Notes: generated by a model from the letters alone, not told the origin. A stretch of DNA of 64,000 nt from Eledone cirrhosa (GCA_964016885.1 OZ024751.1:38998001-39062000); one strand, 5' to 3'; shown: positions 16,040-31,120, counted from the first letter of the stretch. Program-made: numbers and translations.

Positions 16040-16252
16040 TGGTGGACTGTGTCTAAAAATATTGGTTACCAGGAGATGAAGGGGGCCCACCTACATATAG
16101 AATGCTATTACTTAATTGTTATAATGAATAAATAACGTTTTCGAAAAATGCATAAGTGGAAACAAAACAGTGCAATCAAAATTTTTGGAAAAATATTTTA
16201 CCTTTTCCAATAAAAAATATTATGTATTTTGCGAAATCCAGAGACTTTCAAT

Positions 16253-16707
16253 AATGACCAGAAGTCGACCCTAAATATTACTACTAGTTCTAGGAAAGCC
16301 ATGAACGACAACACATCTTTTTAACTTTGATTTTGAAAGTAGGTTTATAATTATTAATTTCCATCATACTTTTGTGCCTGCCTCGGTGGCCAAGTTGGAG
16401 GAATCCTAGACGGGGGTGATCCGGGTCCGAAGTTCAATCCTGGTCGGAAGTAAGGTTCCCAGTAACCGTTTTCGGTTTTTTTCTATGGTTTGTAAAAATA
16501 AAAACTGAAAACGAATACATGCCAGGATTGAACCCAAGTCCAAGATGTCCACCGGCTCTAGTATCTACCGCTAGGCCATCTACGAAAATCTTATGAAGAA
16601 TCATACTTATAAACCTACTTTCAAAATTTTCAAAGCAAAATCATATGGTGTCATTCATGTCTTTCTTAATGTTATTGCTCCTACTTAAGGTCGACTTCTA
16701 AATCATT
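16253..16707. mobile_element. Imperfect ~455-bp palindromic element containing two convergent tRNA-like (Box A/Box B) cassettes
   Basis: Inverted repeats AGAAGTCGACC/GGTCGACTTCT and a 20-bp perfect TTTTGAAAGTAGGTTTATAA (16331-50/16607-26). Plus strand: TGGCCAAGTTGG 16387-98, GTTCAATCC 16432-40. Minus strand: TGGCCTAGCGG 16578-68, GGTTCAATCC 16534-25. Confidence 0.75.
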
Positions 16708-16959
16708 TGGGTGTTCCATAAACTACATCCTCGTTTTGTTTCTCATTTATCTAGACTATATTTTAACTTGTAATCCATGTTTTATTTCTGTTGCACCTCA
16801 TCCCCCCCCCCTGTCTCTCTTTCTCTTTGTGATATTTGAATCTACTATGATTTGAGCTGACTTTATTCATATATATATGTTTTTGCATGTCAGATTCAAA
16901 CTTACAATGATTATATATTATATATATATAGTGTTCAACTAATTTTCTTCAGCTGAATA

Positions 16960-17065
16960 ACCTTAACTACCGGAAAATAAAGTGTCTTGTTCAGGAACGT
17001 AAGTTGAAGCCGGTTATCTAACTCACGACCTTCTGAACACCCTAAGCAATAAGCCACACGCCTTC
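16960..17065 (-). mobile_element. CORE-type SINE fragment
   Basis: AAAGTGTCTTGTTCAGGAAC...AACTCACGACC...GCCACACGCC resembles the antisense CORE domain plus tRNA head. Confidence 0.55.
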
Positions 17066-17979
17066 ATATATATTGTAGATAAACTTTCTTTAAAATAACA
17101 ACTGCACTCAATTCTTCATTCTGTGAAAATCAATATAGTTGCAAATCAGTTCGGATTTCATTAAATTCTGTAATAGTTACAAGCCATAGTGCAATCTAAA
17201 CTACATTAAACTCAGTTTCGATATATTTTGGCGGGGTTTTTCTTTTTGTTTGGTGTTGCAAATCCTTCAGTATGATGAATTACTTTTAAGATTCGCCATT
17301 AAAGAATTTATTGATTATTTTACTGTGTGTTTTTTTTTCTTCTTGTTGTAGTTGTTTGTTCTGTTGCTGTATTTGTTTTACATCTTGTTCTTATTGTTGT
17401 TGTCGTCACCGTCGTCGTCGCTCTCATTGTTGTTCTATTTGTTGTTGTGACTGTAACTGTTACTGTTGTTGTTGTTGACGTTGTTGTTGTTATGTCGACT
17501 GCAGTGGGGACGAAAACGCGACGAGACGCGACTGCGAAGCATTTCCAATTTCCGGTCGAGGCTATTGCAATTAACTCCACACTCCATTAATGTTCTTGGG
17601 ACATGTATGAAAGTCACAACGTCACGACGTTGCGTTCTTTCCCCCTTCCTTTCTCCAATAATATAATATATATCGTCAACATTAGAATGTAATTTAATGA
17701 CTTCTTGTTATTTCATTCATCGCTAGATCAGTTGTTGTAGAGGAAGGTCAGTGAGGAAGAGCAAGGGGGTGTGTGAGTAGGGAGAGGAATAAAGGTGCTG
17801 GGGAAGAGGGGTTACAATCGATTAAAATCAATTCTTCAATATCAATGACATTTACATTATCGACCCCTAACCAAAAGATGAATGACTAAATCTACACCGT
17901 CGACATGTTGACGTGAATGTGAAAATGGCCGAAGCGAAATATATTAATGCATTTATAACGGTATTACTACTGTTTTGTG

Positions 17980-18310
17980 ATGGGGCATGGCTCAGGGGTT
18001 TGGATGTACGGCACTCAATTGCAAGGTCGGGAGTTCTATCATGAGCCGATCGTCGTAACCACTAAACCACCAGCCTCCAGAAATCAGTAGTAGTATTTTT
18101 TATAAATACATCCCATTGTATCGTTGGGTAAGACAATTTATTTATTTTTGTTCCAGTCACATCAACTAGAGGGGGGGGGGGATAAGTTTTTACTGAAATA
18201 GTAAGAGCCAATCTTGTCACACACTGTGCCAGGCCAAATCGACGTTGGAATACATTAAAGGTACACGTGTCTGTGGAATGATAATTTAAAAATACTTTAA
18301 TTTAATGAGC
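17980..18310 (+). mobile_element. CORE-type SINE (second family), degenerate
   Basis: TGGCTCAGGGG...GGGAGTTC head and TTGGGTAAGACA core. 3' part is the reverse complement of ~37385-37480. Confidence 0.6.
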
Positions 18311-20036
18311 CGGTAACGTAGCATTACTTTGTTAATGATCACAGTGAATGTTATTCTACTATCTCGGGGTATTTTCTAATTCTGCTATACTCCAGCATTG
18401 CCGTTCTTGTAATGAAATATTATAATCAGCCAATATCTTAGGCGGCCAGAAGTAAATATATAATAAAGGTTTATTGACTACAGATATAAATCTTCTTGAA
18501 AGTTATCGACAGAATATATGAATATATTTAACATGGTTGAATCGTAGACAGGAAAGTAACGCATAGATAACGAATTTCTCTACCGCCTCATATTTACCAG
18601 GATTAATATTATCGCGGGTGGGAACTGGTGATTGGGTAACGAACCTCTTAACAACTCAGCCCCTTCTGCATCAACATATATCTATACTGAAATTAACCCT
18701 TTCAAAATAACACTTTTCTGGTTTGAAGTGAAGCATAAATAGCATATGGATTCGATGTTCCTTCACGATTGGCATTATATGGATTTTGGCGTTCTAGTTC
18801 TCGATACATTAGTTTCTATAGTTATAAGTTATAAACTGTTAAGATATAACATTGCATATGTTATATATCAGCTTGGTGTATAATTGAATTGCTCATGTTA
18901 GTATCGATATTATACAAGTCCATGTGTCCCTCTTACAATTACGTTAATAAGAAAGTTTATTAGATAATATGTCATTCTATATTAGTACTTGCAGGATTTA
19001 ATCGTGCTAATCTTGAGTCACTTTGATAATTAGCACTCAAAATTAACCTAATTAAGAGTGGATATAAATGCTTCTGAAATACACTTTCTTACAATAGTAG
19101 CTATCTTTGGGGAAACAGCATCTATGGTTTATGGAAAATATGTTCGTATAAATATGGATCATTTGAAACACTCGGGAATCAAAGAGCTTGTTTCCGAGAA
19201 GATGGCTCATCAGTGTGGAACTTATTTCGCTTTCATAATGGGTGAAACGAACTGGTATTAGAAGATTTCACCCCCGATTCTACAAGAGACGCTAGTTCAT
19301 CACACTGTTAACTCTCAACTGTTCCTGGTACTGTATTCGTTAGAATGTCGAAGATAAAATCTTTGCTGTATTTAGTTCTGAATATTGAATTTACTTCTCG
19401 TCGAGTTATGCTTGCTGTTCGTTTTTCCTACATAAAATACCAGTAATATACTGATTTCGGTATAATCGATGTTGCTCTTCCTCATAATTCGTTACGTTGT
19501 CCCTGAATATAAAAATATTATAACGTCATTACTCATCTTTTCTCCATTCAGAGGATTTTTTTAGGATCCCAACTAACAGACTAATTTTATTTATATATAC
19601 GGCGTAAGCACATGCTATTTTCAAACTTCGCTCGCTGTTTATGAACAAAGTCTGCTTTGTCTCTCTCTCTATATATATATTACTCTTTTACCTGTTTCAG
19701 CCATCCGGCTGAGGCCATGCTGGGGCACATGAGGGTTGTACAATATATATATATATAATTATAACAATATCATTTCCCAAGTCTCTAACTAATATAGGTA
19801 CAGCCGTATCTAAGAGTCGAACGAGAGTTTCGAGATTTGCTGCTGGAATTGACATGAAACCAGTGAACAGAGCAGCATTAGGTTGTATTCTGTTAATGCT
19901 TTCGTTATTGACGTGCTGAACCGGAAGGAAGTGGACTGGTTAGAAATCTAATATTTTTCAAGATTATGCAGACAGGAGAGCGATAGAAACGGTAGAATTG
20001 ATCGTGAGCCAATTCCGTCTTATCGTAATACCTGCA

Positions 20037-20121
<85 letters not shown>

Positions 20122-20219
20122 AACACATACACTCTCTCTCTTTACTCACTCTCTCTCCACCCCACTCATTCTCTCTACACTCACTACTCTCACTCTCTAT
20201 CTATCTATCTATCTATCTA

Positions 20220-20268
<49 letters not shown>

Positions 20269-20397
20269 ACTCTCACTATCTCTCTCTCTATGGCTGTATG
20301 TCTCTGTAGTTATTTCTCTCTTTGTCCCACTCTCTGTCTCTCTCTTCATCTCTCTTTATATAAAACTTACGCACAAAGACTCTCACATATATACATA

Positions 20398-20447
<50 letters not shown>

Positions 20448-20467
20448 TATAGATATATATATATATA

Positions 20468-20713
20468 CAGAGGAGACTGAGGTTGGCTGGACATGCTCAC
20501 CGACATCCAGAGTTGACATTGCACTCCGTGCTCCTTTGGGAGCCCCTACATGGACACACTGGAAGAGGAAGACCAAGGTTAACATATGTTGATGCCCTAA
20601 GGACAGACACTGGTCTGTTGGAGACGCAGGACATGGCAGCGATAATGAGGGACAGAGACCGCTGGAGAGAACTCGTCCATGGATCTCGGGAATTTTACCC
20701 GCCTTAGATAGAT

Positions 20714-20717
<4 letters not shown>
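20468..20717 (+). mobile_element. 5'-truncated RTE-clade LINE 3' end between (TA)n tracts
   Basis: RRRLRLAGHAHRHPE...LLWEP..G....GRPRLTYVDALRTDTG...MRDRDRWR is a typical RTE ORF C-terminus, followed by a (TAGA)n tail. Confidence 0.88.
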
Positions 20718-20769
<52 letters not shown>

Positions 20770-20790
20770 CACATATACATATACATATGC

Positions 20791-20825
<35 letters not shown>

Positions 20826-21433
20826 CACACACTTACACACATACACATATATATAGGTATATATACGCATATATATATGTGTGTGTGTATGTATATGTAT
20901 ATATACGTATATATATATGTGTGTGTGGATGTGTGTGTTTATATAAGATAGGTTAGGTAGCTCTGCTATTACTTAAAGCCATGCCAAATAGCTGACAGCA
21001 TTTGGTGACGCTGACTGACCACGTGGTTGAATACGTCCGTCTCTGTTGTCCTGGTAATACAGCAAATAAGACACAATCGACATCTTAAAGTCCCAACCCC
21101 TTTTTATTCTTTTTTCTTTTCTTCCCTCTTTATATTTCGTCGCCATTATTTAGTTTTCAAATTTACCAGCAGTTTCCATCTAAAATCAATTTCTCATCTC
21201 GATGTCCTCTTTATATCTTGTAGGTATTTCCGTCTTTCTTTCTTCCTTTCTTTTTTTCTTCTTTTTTCTTTCTTGTTTTTCTTTCTTTTTTCTTTCTTTT
21301 CTCTTTCCCTCTTTCTTTATCCTTTCTTTCTTTGTCCTTTCTTTCGTTTGTCTTTTTCCTTAGTTCTCATCTGTAGTTTCCTTGTCTGAGTTTCGCCGTC
21401 TCACTTTCATCTTCCTCTTTCTTTCTTTCTATC

Positions 21434-21492
<59 letters not shown>

Positions 21493-21576
21493 ACTCTTTC
21501 AATCAATCAATCTATCTATCTATCTATATATCTATCTATCTATCTGTCCGTCTGTCTATCTGTCTGTCTGTCTATC

Positions 21577-22299
21577 GAGGAGCTCTACCAGTCCGAGACA
21601 AGCTCTACAGACACGGGCGCCCGGGTAGGGACCCTTCGAAAAAGATCTGTCCGAGATGCGTGCGCGACGAGGAAACCGTCGCACACGCATTTGTACACTG
21701 CCCGGGCGTTACCCCCTTGTGGGGCTATGTTGAACGACTATTGTCGCGGATAGGACCAATCCAGTTGACCACCGAATCCATTGTCATCATCAAACCGCCA
21801 CCCTCCTTCAAAAACGAGGGAGAGGCGGTTTTCCTATGTGTTATGGCTATGGTGAAAGAGGTTATATGGTGGACGATGTTAAAAGGGCTGAGGTCAGACA
21901 CCTTTCTCTCCGGCGAGCAACTGATTCGTTTTTTCAAATATCATTTTGGAAGAAGAATCAGGATGGAGAGAGAGGTGCTGTACCCCAGCACATTTTATAA
22001 AAGGAGGGTGAATGTGGCAAAGATGGCCCGAGTGGTTGGGCCTTCTCTCTATATAAGCCTGTAGGTTGAGGAAAAAGAGAAAGAGAGGGAAGGGAGTACT
22101 CACTCTTGGTGCTCCTGGAGATGAGGGTTGTACAATTTTTCGGGGTGTGTACAGCCCCTGTGTAACGCCTCCCCCCGATTGGGTATTTCAATTGTTATTT
22201 GTTATATTATTAATAGTTTTATTTTCATATACCTGTATGTAAACTCCCCATTTGTATTTGTCCCCTTCTTTTGTGCCCTTGTGGCCAATAAAGAAATTT
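21577..22299 (+). mobile_element. 5'-truncated Tx1/L1-like LINE (ORF2 C-terminal CCHC finger plus 3'UTR)
   Basis: Open frame 21579-22064 GALPVRDKLYRHG...CPRC..DEETVAHAFVHC. AATAAA at 22287. Paralogue at 62278-63005. Confidence 0.9.
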
Positions 22300-22382
22300 A
22301 TCTATCTCTCTCTCTATGTCTCTCTCTCTTTCTATCTCTCTCCCTATAAATATATTTATATTATATATATATATATATATAT

Positions 22383-22417
<35 letters not shown>

Positions 22418-22424
<7 letters not shown>

Positions 22425-23138
22425 TATTGAAGTTTGCTTGAAGCATTGTGGAATAATAAGGTAAATTTCTTTAAGTCGTTTGGAAGCCTCGACAATGCAA
22501 ATGGGTAAATCTCCGGGTAACAAGATCCGGTGGTGGAGAGAGAGATGTAAGTGTGTGTACGTTGAGATGCGTGGCGTGTATAAGACGTGTAGAGGAATGA
22601 AGGAAAGAGCGAAAAGGATAAAAATAAAACAAGAGACACACACACTCAAGCGAGACAACAACACACGCACACACACACACACACACAGTAACATTCAACA
22701 AACAGGCAGAGAATGGACTGACAGCTAGCGCCACCCCACTCCCACAATTGAAAGAACTACTTCGGCCGCTGACCTCTGCCTGACCGACACCATTTCACAC
22801 GCACGCGCGCTCTGCTGAATACCTCAGATGTTCAGAACAACGAACAGTGGAGGACACGTTTCGCACCTTTCCGACAGACAACCTTTCCCCCACCCCGGAA
22901 AAAAACCCCAGTTGATGGATGTGAATCCGAAATATATATGGACAATTAAATCTCTCCCAAGGTAACTCTCTCTCGTGTTGTTATTTTTATTTTTATCCTT
23001 TACGCTCTTTCCTTCATTCCTCTACACGTCTTATACACGCCACGCATCTCAACGTACATCTCTCTATCCACCACCGGATCTTGTTACCCGGAGATTTACC
23101 CAGTTGCATTGTCGAGGCTTCCAAACGACTTAAAGGAA
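22418..23138 (+). mobile_element. (TA)n-flanked Penelope-like fragment with ~170-bp inverted terminal duplication and degenerate HHR
   Basis: ~22465-22635 is the reverse complement of ~22970-23137. At ~22908-22942 CCA-GTTGA-TGGATGTGAATCC-GAAA-TATA-TA-TGG is followed by AATTAAA. Confidence 0.75.
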
Positions 23139-23174
23139 TATATATATATATTTCATGTAATACACGTCTAAATA

Positions 23175-23467
23175 ATTGATTCTACTATTGGCACAAGGTC
23201 AGCAATTAACCAGTACATTACTGGTACTTTATTTTATCGTCCCCGTAAGGATGAAAGGCAAAGAGTTAACCTCGGCGGGATTTGAACTCAGACCATAAAG
23301 GGCCGTAACTCTTTGTTGCAAAGCATGGCGTCCGTTCTCTACCGATACTGACAACCCACAAAGCAAAGCTAATCTCGGCGGGATTTGAACTCAGACCATA
23401 AAGTGCCGTAACTGTTTGTTGCAAAGCATGGCGTCCGTTCTCTACCGATACTGCCAATCCACCGCTA
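23175..23467 (-). mobile_element. SINE (Meta-like) with duplicated tRNA head and 16-bp TSD
   Basis: CTCGGCGGGATTTGAACTCAGACC...CCGATACTG occurs twice (~23271-23350, ~23374-23453). TSD AATAC(A/G)CGTCTAAATA at 23159-74 and 23468-83. Confidence 0.88.
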
Positions 23468-23775
23468 AATACGCGTCTAAATAGTGTAAAATATTCATGA
23501 CTAGAAAATGTTGCCAACCATTTATCGGAATAGCTGCTGGCTCTCCAATGAAAGATCATGTCTTAGCAAAACCCTAAATAACCAAATAATAGATATTACT
23601 TAAACGGTATATATCTTTCTAATATCTCTAATATAACAGCGTGTGTTTATTTCCCTTCATCCCTTTATCACACTTTAAACGTTGTATATAGACATAAATG
23701 TAAATATATATATATATATATATACATATATTTATATATATATATATTTATATGTATGTATATATATATATATGA

Positions 23776-23846
<71 letters not shown>

Positions 23847-24665
23847 TACATATATATACTTATGTATATGTATGTATATATGTATATATGTATTTATATA
23901 TGTATATATATTAAATCACAGTGAAACAAGATCTGACTTTGTTGTAGATTTCGTTATTTTTTCTTTCCGTTATATATTTATTATTATTTCTTTGGCAAAC
24001 CAACAAAAGGGCGAATGTCACAATATATTATACATATAGTTCTTTTAATAACTAGAGAAACAATTCTTCTTTATTTTTTACTACTAGACAATACTTTACC
24101 GTGAATGCCGTTTTACAAATGTTACACCAGAGATCTTCCATGCAAATATTCAAGCGAAACCTAATAAATAGAATATTATGAGATTATATTAAATCAACAC
24201 ATTTTTTTGGCTTTTAGCTTTTATATGAAAATATCTTTTATTTTTTATTTCACTCGCGTTTTTTTCTTTCGTTTTATATCCCGTCATTATTATTATTATT
24301 ATTATTATTTTTTTTTTTTTTTCAATTTCATTACATCAATAAACTGTGAAATGGTAATACTTTTCATCTTCTTCTTTCGTAAATAAATCCCTAAGCAGTT
24401 TTTGGTAGATATATTATATTTAGGAAGAGGCGAGCAATTTGGGCGTATAATTAATGTATAAATCGTGAAGATAGTGACATTGGCCTACATAATTCACTAT
24501 GTTTTTTCTCACATCATTGATTACAATTGTCAGGATAAAACTAATACCGTATGGTTGTTGGATGAATAATATTGTGGTGGGGTTTTTTTACGCATAAAGA
24601 AAAAAAAATAATATAGAAGACCATTTAGATAAAATAATATACATAACCAATAACATTCATTGCAC

Positions 24666-24819
<154 letters not shown>

Positions 24820-24867
24820 GTATATATATATATACGAATATATATATATATATATATATATATACGA

Positions 24868-24898
<31 letters not shown>

Positions 24899-24986
24899 TA
24901 TATTTATGCTTGCCTAAAATCATTATTTGTGATGTCTCTATAAAGCTGGACTTACCTATATATATATACAGTGGGAGAGAGGGAGG

Positions 24987-25083
<97 letters not shown>

Positions 25084-26308
25084 TGACACAGTGTATAACT
25101 GGATTTCCTTCCGTTGATTTCGGGGAGATTCATATAAAATCAATCTTTGTTAAAACAAGTTTGTTTTACGATCGAGAGATTACATTGCCTCTTGCTCCGT
25201 TCCGCCACCAGGGGTACTTTATTTCTTCCACTATTATTTATGATTAAGATGATCAACTATCATTATAGTTATCTGTGTTGAGGAGACTATATTTTCACAT
25301 ATTAGTCACATTTGCATCGATATATTAGAAGGCCGAAAGTCACTACTATGAAACATATCGTGCCTCAACTGACTACTTTATTTAGAAATTCTCGCTGCCG
25401 AGCGACACACTAAGCGGAAATGATTCGTTTTTATTTATGGGAGAAAAAATGCAATAATTTGTGCTTTTGATTCCATGCATAAGTGAAGTGGAATAAATTC
25501 ACCTGGGAAGGGAATCCACAACATATATTTTCCCATAAAACAAAAGCAATATGACTCACATGATACATTAATCCGCCCCTCAAGCAATGGCAGAATAACA
25601 TCCTACCCAATATAATAATTATTTCAATATAGAAAATAAAAACACCTGAACGCTACGTCTCATATCCCACCTAACACAACTTTATATCATCGTTTGTGAA
25701 TTAATAATATATAAAACAACAAAATCACCTAGTACGATCCATATTCGCGACATTTCCTTTTTCTAAAATTGCTGACCCTGTGCAAAATTTAGAAATCATT
25801 GCGCTAATATTGATAATAAAAAAAGGAATGATCGAAAAATCTAAAGAATAAAACAAAACGACTAGTGAAGTGGTTAAAAGAGAGACTCTCCATAAAATTA
25901 TTATATATATGTTGTCTACTAAGAAGTTTTCAAGCCATTTTGATGAGGAGTTACAAGTTCAAATACACAACATTGTATTTCACTGAAGAGACAACTAGAC
26001 AGGTGGAAACATTAAATCATAAAGTTTGGCTTAGGTTGAGGGCTTCATGTATTTCTTCTTCGATTAGGCAAAGATCTTTGGCAACGGCATTATGTACGCA
26101 TATAAATGTCTGTCTGTCTGTGTGTATATCTGCGTGAATTTGTTCATGTATATGTATGACTGAGTGGGAGGCTAATTCTAACTCATTCTTTCTTAATATA
26201 AATACACGCACACATACATATGAAAGTTATCCGCAACGCTAGAGTCTTAGTGTCAGAATATTTCGCACGTTGTGCACATATTCACAAACATACGTACATT
26301 ATATACAT

Positions 26309-26457
<149 letters not shown>

Positions 26458-26460
26458 ATG

Positions 26461-26560
<100 letters not shown>

Positions 26561-26790
26561 ATATATATCCACTTATAGCTATGCATTTAATGTATATCAA
26601 ATATACATCTATACATATCCATACGTATATATATATATATATATATGGGTGTGTGTGTGTGTATACATAGCGAGAGGGGGTGGGTAACAGAGAAAGACGG
26701 GAAAAGTGAGAATGTTAGATTGAAAGGCGTTAAGAGAGAGGCAGAAAGACAGACTCCAAGAAATATCACCAGCTCCATCAATACTGCAAA

Positions 26791-26861
<71 letters not shown>

Positions 26862-26970
26862 GAACGTCTAGATTAATACAGGCAAACATTTTTATATTTC
26901 TCAATATCTTCAAATATTTCCCAACACAGAATTTGCTATAAATTCTTGTTAATACATTTATGTACACATA

Positions 26971-27050
<80 letters not shown>

Positions 27051-27103
27051 CATGTATATTTCTATATACGTATATGTCTCCACACATATACACACAAAGA
27101 AAG

Positions 27104-27179
<76 letters not shown>

Positions 27180-27229
27180 CAGTTAGCGAGAAGGTGGTTG
27201 ATGTTTAAATACGTATGTGTACAAATGTC

Positions 27230-27337
<108 letters not shown>

Positions 27338-27379
27338 GAGAGAGATATATAGATATAGATATATATATGTGTGTGGTTT

Positions 27380-27423
<44 letters not shown>

Positions 27424-27993
27424 TTTGTGTATTTGTAGGTATGTATGTCAGCACGTGTGTATGTAATCATACGCGCGCGTGCCTGTGTGTGCGTTTCTAC
27501 TAAATGGATTGCTAAGTGCTTGCCCGGGATGATATTCTCCTCTGGCATTCTAACCCCGACACTTCCCCCACACAACCCCATTCCCAATCTCAACCACCGA
27601 CAGACAGAGAACAACGAGAAATTGAGAAAGAAAAACAAAGAGAAAAAGAAAGAGAAGGTGTGTGTTTGTGTGTGCGTGATGACGCAATGCGCAATTGGTC
27701 TGTGTCCAGAATACACTGAGTAGGAGAACTAGAGCTCAAAATATTGATCCTTTGTCGTATCTAGCATGTTATTACAGTATCTTGTGAACCTGCTGTGAAC
27801 ACTGGTTTGGTTGTATTCGCTTTAAGATACACCGTCATTCGAGCATGCCTTCCAATTTTATCGCGTACACATATACACACACACATGTACACATAAAGGC
27901 ACACACACACACACATATATATATATACATACATAAATGCGCATTTGTTAAAAGTTTTATATATATACATACATAAATGCGCATTTGTTAAAA

Positions 27994-28055
<62 letters not shown>

Positions 28056-28346
28056 ATTCACAAGCACCCAAATATATCTATATTTCTATATATTTGTGTG
28101 GATATATATATATATATAAGTGTGTGTGTCTGTGTATGTATGTATGCATATATATATGATTGAGTGTATATGTGTGTCCATATGTAATTACTGATAATTA
28201 GTAAGATAGATGTAAACATTCACGCAGAGTTATTTACAAATATATTTGTATTGATATATATATATGTGTAATTAAGCAAATATATTTTAAGTTTATTGCC
28301 TATAAGAAATATATATATATATAGATACATTAATACATACATACAT

Positions 28347-28471
<125 letters not shown>

Positions 28472-28671
28472 GTATGTGTCAGATAGTGTCTGTAGGAGTA
28501 TGTATATTAAATATAATTAATTTTAGCGATGTATCCATATCTATGTACAGAAAGATACGTATATAGAGAGAGGAACAGAAAGAGAGAACATGACGGGCTG
28601 TAAATGCTTGACTAGTCTAGTTAATACTTGGATTTAATTAAGCCTTGATATATATATATATATATATATAT

Positions 28672-28776
<105 letters not shown>

Positions 28777-28916
28777 AAGATAGAGATATAGAGATACATA
28801 TATATATGCATATATATATAAATACAGTTGTATACATATATGTATATATGTGTGTTTTATCGGTGTATATATTCTGAATAGAGGAAACCGAGACTGCGCA
28901 GTGTATATATATATAT

Positions 28917-29016
28917 TTGTTTCTACTTTAGGCACAAGGCCAGCAATTACCCAGTTCATTACTGGTACTTTATTTTATCGACCCCGTAGGATGAAAGGCA
29001 AAGTCAACCTCGACGA
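28917..29016 (-). mobile_element. SINE (Meta-like), 3' half only
   Basis: TTGTTTCTACTTTAGGCACAAGGCCAGC...GATGAAAGGCAAAGTCAACCTCG. Confidence 0.85.
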
Positions 29017-29481
29017 CATATTTAGTACGTATGTAAACATGCCAAAATTACGTATTTCCTTTTGAATTGAAAAATAAGAAACGCATTTAATCTATATTCT
29101 AACCTTGTTGGGCTTTCATCAGAAGATGTGTACATCTTCTAAATTATAAGAATGTGTGTAAATATATAGAGAGAAAGAGAGATAGATATTGTTGATGATT
29201 GATAGATATATAGATAAATATGCCAAATCACAGTCGTATTATTTTCTCTTGTCTGATCTAATTCATTTGTCTCCGTCGAACCGAATCTATGTGTGGAGTA
29301 TTGTCCAAAATGACAGGAGGTGTAAACGAACTCCATACTAATTTGATGCGAATTAAACTTCTTAACAACACCGTCATTACTAACACTGTGTCTTTAAATC
29401 TTACATAATTTAAATCAGATGTAATAGGAGAAATGGCAAGGAATATAGATAGAAAAAAATGCGATCAATACACTGCCTCCA

Positions 29482-29523
<42 letters not shown>

Positions 29524-30860
29524 GTGCATATACGTATATTTAAACGCATATATAGGTAGGTATGTATGAATCTAAATATATATATATAGAGAGAGAGAAA
29601 GAGAGAGAGGGTGGGATATTGAGAGACGCCATATTTTGTTCAATGTAGTGTGTACATTACTGAGTCTGTAATCGCCTTTGGCAGAAACTCTCAGACTGAT
29701 TTCACATTTATATCTCTGTGCCATGTCTATGAAATATTTACGACATCCGAACATATGTATTTTAATATAATAGATTTAAGTGGTCAGTCTACCGGATGTT
29801 ATCGCCGTTTCTGTGTGGGTAAGAGGAGGAGAAGGGGTCTATCTTAGGAAGAAAGCGTCAGATTGGCATAGTTGTTAGTGTATAAGTAAGAATGTCCTTC
29901 TACTTCTCTCCGATAAGATTTCAAATTCCAGCGGCGTTACTTCCAATGCATGTGTTCAACATTTTCTCTGTGAGTGACAGGATGTCATTCTTTCCTTCTG
30001 GTAGGACAAAAGGAAGGAAATCTCAGGAAAGTTAGAATATCGGGTAACATACTGATTTCGTTCTCTCCCTCTGACTTCAAATTTAGTCGGGGTCACTCTC
30101 ACTGAATTGTTTCAACTATTCCTGTGTGAGTGAGTTTTAAGAATTTTTTCTCTCTCTGGCTATCACCTGCAATCAAGGACTTGATGAGATGAACAAGCCT
30201 TTAAATATAGGCCCGCATTTGAAGTTCCTCCACCCTATAGTCTAGAGAAAGTATCTTTACTGTAATTAATATACTTAATCATTCTGATGAAGGGGATATC
30301 TACAGTGTAAGCAAATATTTGATTCATGCTTAAACTAAAGAATGATATAAAAATTAAAAAAACTACACCCCGATTGTGACCTGATACTGAAAGACCTGAA
30401 TGTTCAATGTATGCTTTTATTAGGCTCATTTCAACCAACTAACTTTAAGCTTGTAATAGATGGTGGTTAAAACAATTTTTATTTGTGTTTCTGAAGCGTG
30501 GAGCAGAAAACATTGCTGAACTGAAAAACATTTAGAGCTTTGCGACTCACAGACACACTGTAATGTCTCTGTTAGTTGAAGAATAGACGCCATATAGGTT
30601 TGTTACACAATCCAGTCGAGTGTTTAGTCTAGTTTCCGTTCCGCACAGATTCTTTATTCTAACAGAAACATTTAGACAGTCTTAAAGGTACAATTGTATT
30701 TTAGACTAACATTTCACACATGAGGTGATGTTAATGTCTTAACAAGACATTCTCATACAAACTAACGTTTCTGCCAATCCTTCCGTTCCTTCTGCAACTT
30801 CAGCTCTAATAATTAGTTATTTGTTTATCTAACTCCCAATATAATTGCTTTATAACGGAA

Positions 30861-30909
<49 letters not shown>

Positions 30910-30910
30910 C

Positions 30911-30978
<68 letters not shown>

Positions 30979-31037
30979 GTATATATATGTATGTATGTAT
31001 ATGTATGTATTTATATATATATATATATGTATGTATG

Positions 31038-31120
<83 letters not shown>

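Noticed and set aside
16380-16584. True tRNA genes
   Set aside because: Box A/B are present, but I could not build convincing acceptor and anticodon stems.
19058-19261. 67-aa ORF with ordinary composition
   Set aside because: GTG start, no recognisable homology and no splice signals.
25981-26020. HHR-like CTGAAGA...GAAAC (similar weak cases on the minus strand at ~540, ~12520-12555, ~29090-29121, ~63165-63194)
   Set aside because: Core words are present but stems I/III or GAAA are missing or mis-spaced. They may be old relics but are not supportable.
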